This document shows, piece after piece, positions 54,502-62,224 of a DNA stretch of 64,000 nt. The stretch is from positions 1 through 64,000 of the IMG/VR virus record IMGVR_UViG_3300035148_000415, one strand, 5' to 3'. Every line of letters begins with the position of its first letter. The first letter of the stretch is position 1. Origin of the DNA: a virus. The notes under the pieces are model-generated. The model did no database searches and was not told the DNA's origin. It saw nothing but the letters and a program-made list of their open reading frames with translations. The translations under genes and the position numbers were made by a program.

Positions 54502-55100
54502 CTCCCAACGAGTACGTCAAGATCGCAACATCCAACCGCATTGCGCAGCTCATCGCGTCATGCACGGGGCTGTCGACCAGCCTCGACATCGCGACATGCG
54601 ACATCGACGACCTCCCGTACGAGGTCCCGCTGAGCGCATCGGTCCTCCGCAGCATCGGGCTGATCTCGATGATCGCATCGAGAGCACGGTCACTGAAGAA
54701 GCGGATCATCCGCACGGATCCGGACGGGCGCAGCCACACCACGGTCGAGCAGCAGATGCACCGCATCGCTGCTCATCTGGAGACCGCCGCGAGGCTCCAG
54801 CTGGAGCTCTCCGACCTGACGATGCGGATCATGGCCGAGGCCGTGTACAGCGGCGCGACGGACGGCGACACGCTCGCCATGAGCCAGTTCAACGTCATCG
54901 CGGCCGAAGCAACAAGCGCGTCGCACGACGTCGCGCAGGTGCTGGAAGTCCTCATGGACCAGCTGTACGACGAGTGCAGGTGCAGCAGCTGTCGGCCCGA
55001 GTACTACCCGCCGTTCGACGGGCCGTACAAAACCACCACCACCACCACAGTCCCGTCCACCCCGGGCGGGCCTTCCAAGAAGGAGGAAGAACACCGATGA
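54498..55100 (+). CDS. hypothetical protein
   Basis: ATGA-type overlap; 200 aa; C-terminal CRCSSC and TTTTT tract. Confidence 0.6.
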   Translation: MTPNEYVKIATSNRIAQLIASCTGLSTSLDIATCDIDDLPYEVPLSASVLRSIGLISMIASRARSLKKRIIRTDPDGRSHTTVEQQMHRIAAHLETAARLQLELSDLTMRIMAEAVYSGATDGDTLAMSQFNVIAAEATSASHDVAQVLEVLMDQLYDECRCSSCRPEYYPPFDGPYKTTTTTTVPSTPGGPSKKEEEHR

Positions 55101-55570
55101 AAGTTCTACCGGAGGCGTCCTACGCCGCACTGATCATCTGGGCCATAGCAGGCCCGCTGCTGTTCTGGCGCGTCGCCAGTGTGCGGAACAGGAACATGTT
55201 CCGCACCACCTTCACAGGGACCTCGATCCTGTCCTCATGGGCGGACATCAGGGCCTACAACCCTTCGGAGGCCGTCGACGTGTTCTTCGACGGCCGTCAC
55301 GGCGCCGCCTTCTGCGTGACGACGGAGAAGGGGCACCACATTCGTGTGGAGCCCGAAGGACGCGTCGTCGTCGAGCAGTCCGGGTCGACAGTCATCGGCA
55401 GTTTCGTCGACGTCGAGTCGATCTACGGAACTCCATTCCTCATCATCGACGTCAACGACGGAGAGGACCTGGGCATCAGCACTGGGCTGTGGCGGTCGTT
55501 CCACGTCGTCGACGAGGCGGGCAGGGTCGAGAAGTACTTCGACCCGAGGTTCAACAAGGGGCGGTTGTGA
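55097..55570 (+). CDS. membrane-anchored hypothetical protein
   Basis: ATGA overlap; N-terminal YAALIIWAIAGPLLFW helix. Confidence 0.6.
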   Translation: MKVLPEASYAALIIWAIAGPLLFWRVASVRNRNMFRTTFTGTSILSSWADIRAYNPSEAVDVFFDGRHGAAFCVTTEKGHHIRVEPEGRVVVEQSGSTVIGSFVDVESIYGTPFLIIDVNDGEDLGISTGLWRSFHVVDEAGRVEKYFDPRFNKGRL

Positions 55571-55965
55571 ACCCCTTGCGCGCCGCGGTCGCGGCGCTCT
55601 CCGCAGTCCGCCCCCTGCACACCAGCGACGCCACCCCCAAGGTGCTCGCCTTCCTGGCAGGCGTCAGGGACTTCGACGAACTGGTCGGGGAGGACGAGCA
55701 CACCGTCCTCCTCGAGTGGAGGACGCAGGACGGGGCCGACTGGAGCGTGTACGCCCCTTCCGGCCACACCGAGGTCCGGTGCGACGGGCTCCTCGTCGCA
55801 TCGGGGTACTTCACAGGCTTGTCGGAGAAGGACGGCGCGCTGTCGGCCGTCCTTGAGGACGACCAGTTCAGCACGGCCGATACCATCCTCCCGATCGGGA
55901 GGGCCGTCAGGGCGCGCCTCGTCGCGATGTCCTACGGCGCGGCTGCGAGGACGAAAGCCCTGTGA
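55567..55965 (+). CDS. hypothetical protein
   Basis: GTGA overlap; 132 aa. Confidence 0.55.
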   Translation: MNPLRAAVAALSAVRPLHTSDATPKVLAFLAGVRDFDELVGEDEHTVLLEWRTQDGADWSVYAPSGHTEVRCDGLLVASGYFTGLSEKDGALSAVLEDDQFSTADTILPIGRAVRARLVAMSYGAAARTKAL

Positions 55966-55973
55966 GAGGCAGA

Positions 55974-56019
55974 GGCCCCTCCCCTTCGGGGGAGGGGCCC
56001 CACGCCCCCTTTTTTTTTT
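55974..56019 (+). terminator. intrinsic terminator with T10 tract
   Basis: GGCCCCTCCCC-ttcg-GGGGAGGGGCC (55974-55999), then T10 at 56010-56019. Confidence 0.75.
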
Positions 56020-56048
56020 GCCCTCTTCCGGGCCGCTGCGTCGCAGAA

Positions 56049-56090
56049 GTGTCTCAACATGTCACAGACGTGTCTCAACATGTCGCAGAC
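56049..56090 (+). repeat. 21-bp direct tandem repeat x2 (plus partial third unit)
   Basis: GTGTCTCAACATGTCACAGAC / GTGTCTCAACATGTCGCAGAC, then GTGTGTGAGG; preceded by GTCGCAGAA. Confidence 0.9.
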
Positions 56091-56174
56091 GTGTGTGAGG
56101 AGCGCCCGATAATCGGAACGCGGGACCGTACAAGGGTGGAGACCCACCAGGGGAAGAGCAAACCCGGGACAGCC

Positions 56175-56205
56175 TTGACACGGCCCTTGGAGCCGCTGCT
56201 AGGCT
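56175..56205 (+). promoter_or_regulatory. weak promoter candidate in the 530-bp non-coding gap
   Basis: TTGACA (56175-56180), 19-nt spacer (long), TAGGCT (56200-56205). Confidence 0.3.
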
Positions 56206-56244
56206 ATGGTCGCCGCCGACCATTACTACACCGTTACTTACCGT

Positions 56245-56273
56245 AATCGGCCCCCCCTCAAGGGGGGCCGATT
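56245..56273. other. perfect 12-bp GC-rich hairpin
   Basis: AATCGGCCCCCC-ctcaa-GGGGGGCCGATT; no U-tract on either strand. Confidence 0.6.
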
Positions 56274-56496
56274 CGTATGTACCAACAGCGGTTCCTACTA
56301 GTAGTCCTACCCGTAGACATGTCTTCGTGGAACACCCCTGCCCTGGGCCGTCCCGTGAGCGCCAGCGAACGGGGCAGCCCACCCATCAGTGGGGTGGGAT
56401 GAGCCGTTTGCTACAACGGGGCGCTGTTGATGCAAGGGGTGGATTCGGTACTATCAGAGCAACAAGGGCACAACGAGAGGGAAGGGGCCGGTTGCC

Positions 56497-56922
56497 ATGC
56501 GTACCCACTGCGGAACCAAGATCGACGCCCACCTCCACCCCGTGTCGGCGGGCACCAACCCCGTCGTGGCCGAGGCCCTGGAGTCCCTCTCCTCCGGCAT
56601 GTTCCTCCGGCAGGGGGAGGACCGCGCACGCGCGCTCCTCCTCCGTGTGCAGGAGCTGGACAAGGCGCTCTTCACCGAGCACCTGTTCAGGATCATGTCC
56701 CCCTACGGGGTCCATGCGGTGCTGCAGTCCCCCGACCTCCCCGAGCACGCCTTCTGCTACGGCCCCGACGACGGCACCAGCGCCCTGGCCAGGGCGAGGG
56801 AGGTGAGGGACATGCTCCTCCCGGCCGCCCTCGCCTCGTGGTCCACCCCGGACCACGTCCTGGCGCAGGTGGAGGTGCTGCTCAACAGTTCCTTGACGAG
56901 TGCGTGTTGTTGTGCATCTTGA
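56497..56922 (+). CDS. hypothetical protein
   Basis: GAGAGGGAAGGGG SD; 141 aa; very high GC3 except last about 12 codons. Confidence 0.65.
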   Translation: MRTHCGTKIDAHLHPVSAGTNPVVAEALESLSSGMFLRQGEDRARALLLRVQELDKALFTEHLFRIMSPYGVHAVLQSPDLPEHAFCYGPDDGTSALARAREVRDMLLPAALASWSTPDHVLAQVEVLLNSSLTSACCCAS

Positions 56923-56947
56923 CTCTCGGTGTAGTTATGCTGCACCT

Positions 56948-57076
56948 ATGAGCAGAATGTCCAACAGTTCGCCGGAGATCCTCTCCTGTTCCGGAAGCAT
57001 GTCGTTCTCCTTCAAGGGGTGGAGCATCTCCGTGCTGTTCGAGGACGGCAGGTTCAAGGTGGAGGGCTCCCAGTGA
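56948..57076 (+). CDS. possible 42-aa protein
   Basis: Not in ORF track (under 60 aa); high GC3; stop overlaps GTG 57073 of next gene (GTGA); no SD. Confidence 0.35.
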   Translation: MSRMSNSSPEILSCSGSMSFSFKGWSISVLFEDGRFKVEGSQ

Positions 57077-57273
57077 ACGTCGACGAGACCTTCTCCAGCG
57101 ATCCGGACCAGCTGATAGCGCCGAAGGACGCTGCGGCGATCTTCGGGGTGAGGGCGCTGACGGTCGCCCGCTGGGGCAAGTCCGGCAAGGTGCCGACCGT
57201 CGTCCTCCCCAACGGCAGGCGCATGTACAGCCGTCTGTGGTGCGAGGCCTACATGCGGGAGCAGGCCGTCTGA
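57073..57273 (+). CDS. excisionase-family/MerR-type HTH DNA-binding protein
   Basis: GGTGGAGGG SD; LIAPKDAAAIFGVRALTVARWGKSGKVPTVVLPNGRRMY; GTG 57019 alternative start. Confidence 0.65.
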   Translation: MNVDETFSSDPDQLIAPKDAAAIFGVRALTVARWGKSGKVPTVVLPNGRRMYSRLWCEAYMREQAV

Positions 57274-57357
57274 GACGCTGCCGGGCGGCCTGCTCCTTGT
57301 ATGCGTCGCACCGCATGCGTGCGGCATGATGAACCGTAGCCGGGCAGAGGAGCAGAC

Positions 57358-59034
57358 ATGGCAGCTCGATTCGATTACGGAGTGCTGGACGAGATCGCGA
57401 AGGCGCGCCTGCCCTGGCAGGACATGTCCTACGAGAACAACGGCAGGAGCATCCTGCCATGGGCCGACAACCGTGGCAGTATGCAGGCCGTCCTCGACGA
57501 GACGCGCTCCCGGATCGACGAGGCCAGGGTTGCGAACAGGGGTGCCGGCAGGCGCAGGCCCGCCGTGCCGAACCCGAACGCGCTCCCAGGCCCCGCCAGG
57601 CGCGCAGCGGCCGTGGCGGCACCTGCAGCGGCTGCGCCCGCGTACTTCGACATCCCCTCGCCGACCCCGAGGGGGTTCACGAACTTCGACCCGGCGGAGG
57701 CGCTGAGGACGGCGAACATCGAGGCCGCCAGGTATCCGCGTTCTGCGGTGCCCGTTGCAGCGCCCGCTCCTGCCCCAGTTGCCGCTCCGGTTGCCGCTCC
57801 CGCTCCCGCTCCCGCACCGGTCGCCGCCGCGCCTGCTGCGCAGGCCGCACCGGTCGTCGAGCAGCAGCCGACCAGGGCGCAGCTGCGCAGGGCCGCCTTC
57901 GACGCGGACCCTGAACGCGTCGCCGCAGCGCAGGAGAGCAGGGAGATGTCGGCGCTGCGCCGAGGGGGCGCCGCATCCGATGCGGCCCAGCAGCTGGCCA
58001 GGGGGCGCTCCCTGCTGGCCGAGGCTCCGTGGGCCCAGCCCCAGGGCTCTGCACCGCTAACTCCGACGGCCATCGCCGATGCTGCGAACGCCAGGCTGTC
58101 GGGCGCTCCTGCTCCGTCTGTTGCCGCTCCTGCTGCAGCCGCTCCGACCCACGTGCCCGCTGCTCCAGCTGCAGCCGCTCCTGCAGCACCCGCCGCGAAG
58201 CCTGCCGGCGGAGGGATCAAGGGGCTGCTGGAGCATGCCACTCCGAAGCGCATCGCTGGAGGCCTCGGCGTCGCAGGCGCCCTCGGCGCGGGAGCGATGC
58301 TCGGTCGGGGGCTGCTGAAGCGCAAGGCCGCCACCAAGGGCATCGGCGGCATGGCCGACAAGTACCTCGGCCAGTACGCCCCGATGGCCAGGAAGTACGC
58401 GCTCCCCGCAGCCGCCATCGGCGGAGGGGCGCTGGTGGCCAACAGCATGCTGAACAAGTCCGACTCCGACGACGGCTCGCTGGTCGCCCTGCGCTACGAG
58501 ATCGTCGAGAAGGCATCGCCCGAGGTGCGCCGGTACCGGCAGGAGGCGAGGCTGCTCGCTGCGAGGCAGGGGAGGCCGCAACTCCCCTACGGCAGGCTCG
58601 ACAAGGTCCCGCTGCGCGAGACCGTCGGCAGGGCGGCAGGCGCGGTGTCCGAGGCGAGCGGGGCGCTGAACAACGCGGTCGGCTTCATGCGCACCCCCGA
58701 GGGCCTGATCCTGAGCGACAACATCGCATCGGCGGGGAGCAGCGCGTCGGAGGCTGCGGGGAAGGTGCAGCAGGCCGCGGAATCGCTCGGCACCGCCCCG
58801 GCCAAGTCGGCGATGGCCAGGAAGATCGCCCTGGGGGCTGCGATCGGCGCTGCGAACGCAGGAGGGGCGCTCGGCGTCAAGGCGGCCGCAGGTCACAGGT
58901 CGAAGAAGGCTGCGCAGGAGGCTGCGAAGAGGGCTGCGGCGCAGGCGTCGATCAGGAACAGGGCCCTCATCGGTCTGGGGGCGGCGACCACGGCGCTGGC
59001 GGCGTCGAACGCCCTGCACCACAAGAAGGACTGA
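57358..59034 (+). CDS. Ala/Pro-rich basic protein (558 aa) with four Gly/Ala-zipper segments
   Basis: GAGGAGCAGAC SD; (A/P/V) tract nt 57745-57858; GGLGVAGALGAGAMLG, AAAIGGGALVA, LGAAIGAANAGGALG, LIGLGAATTALAA each followed by Lys/Arg. Confidence 0.7.
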   Translation: MAARFDYGVLDEIAKARLPWQDMSYENNGRSILPWADNRGSMQAVLDETRSRIDEARVANRGAGRRRPAVPNPNALPGPARRAAAVAAPAAAAPAYFDIPSPTPRGFTNFDPAEALRTANIEAARYPRSAVPVAAPAPAPVAAPVAAPAPAPAPVAAAPAAQAAPVVEQQPTRAQLRRAAFDADPERVAAAQESREMSALRRGGAASDAAQQLARGRSLLAEAPWAQPQGSAPLTPTAIADAANARLSGAPAPSVAAPAAAAPTHVPAAPAAAAPAAPAAKPAGGGIKGLLEHATPKRIAGGLGVAGALGAGAMLGRGLLKRKAATKGIGGMADKYLGQYAPMARKYALPAAAIGGGALVANSMLNKSDSDDGSLVALRYEIVEKASPEVRRYRQEARLLAARQGRPQLPYGRLDKVPLRETVGRAAGAVSEASGALNNAVGFMRTPEGLILSDNIASAGSSASEAAGKVQQAAESLGTAPAKSAMARKIALGAAIGAANAGGALGVKAAAGHRSKKAAQEAAKRAAAQASIRNRALIGLGAATTALAASNALHHKKD

Positions 59035-59039
59035 CTGCG

Positions 59040-61730
59040 ATGCCGTTCCGGTCGGAGAAGCAGCGCAGGTTCCTGTTCGCCCGGCATCCGGGCATCGCCA
59101 GGAGGTGGGCCGCGGAGGAGCGCATGTCGAAGGGGCTCGGCGACGTGATCGTCCCCAAGACGGTGTCCGACGCCATCGCCGCCCAGCACCCCGACGACTA
59201 CGACGCCAAGATCGAGGAGGCGAAGGAGTACTACCGCAAGGTGCGCGACATGCGCAGGGCCGAGATGGCCGAGGCGCGCAGGCCGAACGAGCTGGATCCT
59301 CCGCAGCCGGAACCGACCGCGCAGCAGGCGAAGAAGATCGTCTCCTCGGTCAAGCGGAAGAGGCACAGGTCGAAGAAGCCGACCGTGCGGCGCATGGTGC
59401 TGAACCCCTCTGCCACGTACAAGGGCCCGGTGCAGGAGGGGCAGACGAGCTCCCCGACCCCTGTGAAGCCGCCCGCCCCCTTCGGGCGCGCTCCGGTCAG
59501 GCCGTCCGCGCCCGTGGAGAAGTCGTACGTCCCGAGGGTCGGATGGGCGAGCGCCTCTGAGCTGTTCACCGGGCCGAACAGGGTGGCGAGCGCGAGGGAG
59601 GTGCTCGAAGAGCTGAAGGCCAGCAAGAAGTACGACCCTCCGAACATGCCGCGCCTCGACTTCGAACCGGACCAGCGCGCGCGCGTGATCCGCGAGGAGC
59701 CCTGGAAGCGGAAGGTGCGCACCATCACCGAAAGAGCCCCGCAGTGGGAGACCCTCTCGTCGCACCCGTCCCTGGCCTCGCGCAAGGCGTCGGCCGGAGC
59801 CGGGTGGTGGAGCGCCGTCGCCGCAAAGGACAAGCCTCCGCGCAGGTTCCGCAGAGGGGTCAGGACGGTCCTGGGAAGGGATCTGGAACGGCGCACCCAC
59901 TACCTGCGCAGGGTGCAGGAGGGCAGCGGACCGGCCCAGCTCCCCATCGGCGGTTCGACGCCGGTCATCACGGCGGACGACCTGGGGGCGGTCAAGAGGG
60001 TCGTCGGGCAGGGGCAGAGGACGAACACCTCCACGGAGGAGATCGGGGCGCACGAGGCGGCGCACTTCCTCAACCAGCCGAGGAGGCGCAGGCTCCGCCC
60101 GTCCAGCCCTGTGGTGGGGATGGCCCGCGCCCTCCAGAGGAACGAGAAGGTGAACCCGCAGGGGATGCGTCCGAACACGGATCCGGACATGATGCAGGCC
60201 AAACGCGAGGCGGCTGCGGACGCCATAGCGTCCAGGAAGCTCGGCAGGCGCATCGTGTCCGGCCATCTAGAGGACCCCGGGTACCCCGAGGCGCGCGCTG
60301 CGATCGAGGCGTCCATGGCGAGGTCCGATGCGAAGAAGCTCGTCCGGCAGCAGAAGCAGAGGGAGCTCGGGCAGCGTCAGCGTGAGGCGGCCCGTCGCAG
60401 CGTGGGCAAGTCGTACGGCTTCGCTGCTAGGATCGTGGCGCCTCCCCCGGCCCTTCCATCCCCCGTACAGAAGGCCGCCGGGGGCGGCCTCATGCTGTCC
60501 GACGGATCGTGGCGCAGGGACTCCGCGAAGCGCCCGGAGAAGAGGGCCCATTCCAGGGCGGCGGACAACGAGTACGTGCGCAGGCGGTTCGACGCCGAGC
60601 CGTTCGTCGAGCATGTTCCCGAGAACCCGCAGCACCGTTCGAACGATCCGTCGCAGGCCGAGCTCGCCCATCGCGACACCGTGGCGCGCAAGCAGGTCGA
60701 GGCCAGGGACAAGGCGTACCGGAAGCGGCAGAAGTACCTGCGCTCCAAGGGCCTGGTGGCGAAGCCGATGACGAGGGGCGCCACCGGCAGGCGCATCAAC
60801 AGCCCCTGGGGCGACGCGCAGGGCAACACGCTGCTGAAGAAGGCCGCAGTCCCTCGGAGGCTCATGGAGCATGCCGGCCGCAGGGCCGCCGAAAGGGCGT
60901 CGCGGGTCGCCGAGGGGGCGCTGCCCACCGGTTCGGAGATCGGCCCCGGGGTCAGGGTGAAGGGCCACGAGGTCCAGGACGGCGGCATGCTGTGGCCCAA
61001 GGTCAAGACGCACTTCGAGGATCCGGCGACCGGCAGGGAGGTCGGCGAGGCCTTCACGCTGACCATGCCGGGCAAGCGGTACATGGTGTCCTCGATGAGG
61101 CTCGACCCCGAGTACCGCGGGCACGGCGCAGGGCGCAGGGCGCAGCAGCAGTTCGTGGAGCATGCGAAGCGGTCGCGCGATGTGCGCCGCGCCTACTGGC
61201 TCGCCGCAGGGGACAGCCCGAGGAGCCATCAGGGCCTGTCCGGCGCGCGCGCGTGGCGCACGAAGGGCACGAGGTACGCGCGCGGCATCGGGCAGCTCTC
61301 CGATGCGGCCAACTTCACGGAGGTGAACCTCTCCGGGCAGTCGAGGGCGGCGCGGGCGAGGTACCGCGCCTATGTCGGCGCCACCAGGGCCGGAATCGTG
61401 CGCCCGTCGGCGCTGCAGGGCGACAAGGTCCCCAGGATGCTGAACGAGCAGACCGCCGATGCGCTGCGGAACAACCCGTGGGTCGCGTCGGTCCCCGGCA
61501 GGGCGCGGAAGCCCGAGCGCTACGTCGCCGGCGGCGCTGCGGCGCTGTACGGCGGGGCGAAGGGCGCGAAGATGCTCAAGGCCCGTTCCGCCGCGAAGCA
61601 CGCGCAGCAGAAGAAGAAGGATCTCGGCACCAGGGGCGCCGCCGCCGCTGCTGCCGCCGGTGCCGGGGCAGGTGCCGGTGCCGGGGTGCTTGCGCTGCGC
61701 CGCGGCCGCAGGGAGGACGGACGCTCGTGA
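59040..61730 (+). CDS. very basic 896-aa multi-motif (polyvalent-type) protein: HExxH and GNAT motif A
   Basis: N-terminus MPFRSEKQRRFLFA; IGAHEAAHF (nt 60051-60065); LDPEYRGHGAGRRAQQQFVEHAK (about nt 61095-61175); C-terminal Gly/Ala tract. Confidence 0.7.
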   Translation: MPFRSEKQRRFLFARHPGIARRWAAEERMSKGLGDVIVPKTVSDAIAAQHPDDYDAKIEEAKEYYRKVRDMRRAEMAEARRPNELDPPQPEPTAQQAKKIVSSVKRKRHRSKKPTVRRMVLNPSATYKGPVQEGQTSSPTPVKPPAPFGRAPVRPSAPVEKSYVPRVGWASASELFTGPNRVASAREVLEELKASKKYDPPNMPRLDFEPDQRARVIREEPWKRKVRTITERAPQWETLSSHPSLASRKASAGAGWWSAVAAKDKPPRRFRRGVRTVLGRDLERRTHYLRRVQEGSGPAQLPIGGSTPVITADDLGAVKRVVGQGQRTNTSTEEIGAHEAAHFLNQPRRRRLRPSSPVVGMARALQRNEKVNPQGMRPNTDPDMMQAKREAAADAIASRKLGRRIVSGHLEDPGYPEARAAIEASMARSDAKKLVRQQKQRELGQRQREAARRSVGKSYGFAARIVAPPPALPSPVQKAAGGGLMLSDGSWRRDSAKRPEKRAHSRAADNEYVRRRFDAEPFVEHVPENPQHRSNDPSQAELAHRDTVARKQVEARDKAYRKRQKYLRSKGLVAKPMTRGATGRRINSPWGDAQGNTLLKKAAVPRRLMEHAGRRAAERASRVAEGALPTGSEIGPGVRVKGHEVQDGGMLWPKVKTHFEDPATGREVGEAFTLTMPGKRYMVSSMRLDPEYRGHGAGRRAQQQFVEHAKRSRDVRRAYWLAAGDSPRSHQGLSGARAWRTKGTRYARGIGQLSDAANFTEVNLSGQSRAARARYRAYVGATRAGIVRPSALQGDKVPRMLNEQTADALRNNPWVASVPGRARKPERYVAGGAAALYGGAKGAKMLKARSAAKHAQQKKKDLGTRGAAAAAAAGAGAGAGAGVLALRRGRREDGRS

Positions 61731-62224
61731 TAGCCCTCGGCGTCGATTACTCCACGAAGAAGTGCGCGGTATCCGTGCTCTCGCCGTCCGGCGGCCTGGT
61801 CAGGTCCGTGCAGCTGCCCCGCAGGAGCACCGACATGCTGCGGAACCTCGAGCAGGTGTGGGCGTTCTTCGAGGAGATGGCGGTCGACGCCGCCGCAGGG
61901 CTGTCGGGACAGCCGTGCATGGTGGCGGTGGAGTCGCCGATCGTCGGCGGCTCGGGCGCTGCGAGCACGGCGATCGGCATGTCCATGGCGTGCGGCGGGA
62001 TCGTGCGCGCCGCCCAGTCGCTGTTCGGGGCCGACTGCGTGGGCCTGGTGTACCCGGCGTCGTGGAAGAAGCAGGTGTGCGGCAAGGGGAGCCTGGACAA
62101 GGAGCAGGTGTCGGCATGGCTGCTGCAGCACCGGCCCGACCTGTACCAGTTGTGCGCGAACGACGACGAGGTCGATGCGACGTGCCTCTCGCTGTGGGCG
62201 CTGAGCAGGGTGCCGGTGCCATGA
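61727..62224 (+). CDS. ruvC: RuvC-like Holliday junction resolvase
   Basis: GTGA overlap; IALGVDYS (Asp), VAVESP (Glu), NDDEVDATC (Asp) in RNase H-fold order; 165 aa. Confidence 0.7.
   Translation: MIALGVDYSTKKCAVSVLSPSGGLVRSVQLPRRSTDMLRNLEQVWAFFEEMAVDAAAGLSGQPCMVAVESPIVGGSGAASTAIGMSMACGGIVRAAQSLFGADCVGLVYPASWKKQVCGKGSLDKEQVSAWLLQHRPDLYQLCANDDEVDATCLSLWALSRVPVP

Noticed and set aside
56049-56098. The tandem 21-bp repeats as a possible CRISPR array or minisatellite
   Set aside because: The repeats are directly adjacent with no spacers, there are only about 2.5 units, and no cas genes are present. They are treated instead as protein-binding direct repeats.
55962-56246. 94-aa + strand ORF spanning the gap after 55965
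   Set aside because: It is translated straight through a terminator hairpin, the T10 tract (giving FFF) and the 21-bp tandem repeats (giving VSQHVTD VSQHVAD). It has no SD, and the features are better explained as non-coding signals.
56295-56304. Palindrome CTACTAGTAG, and the 8-mer GAGGCCTC occurring at 51965-51972 and 53089-53096, as attP core or operator sites
   Set aside because: They are too short to be significant without statistics, no integrase is in view, and no flanking arm-type repeats of matching sequence were found.
56935-57027. 30-aa minus-strand ORF (MLHPLKENDMLPEQERISGELLDILLIGAA) in the gap before the HTH gene
   Set aside because: The + strand 42-aa frame over the same bases has much better third-position GC and start-stop coupling to the next gene. 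No SD was found for the minus ORF.
57745-57858. DNA-level repeats (gttgccgctcc.., gctcccgct..) and similar Ala-codon runs at about 11870-12060 and 22080-22170
   Set aside because: They are in frame within long ORFs and encode Ala/Pro/Val low-complexity linkers. This is compositional repetition, not a separate repeat element.
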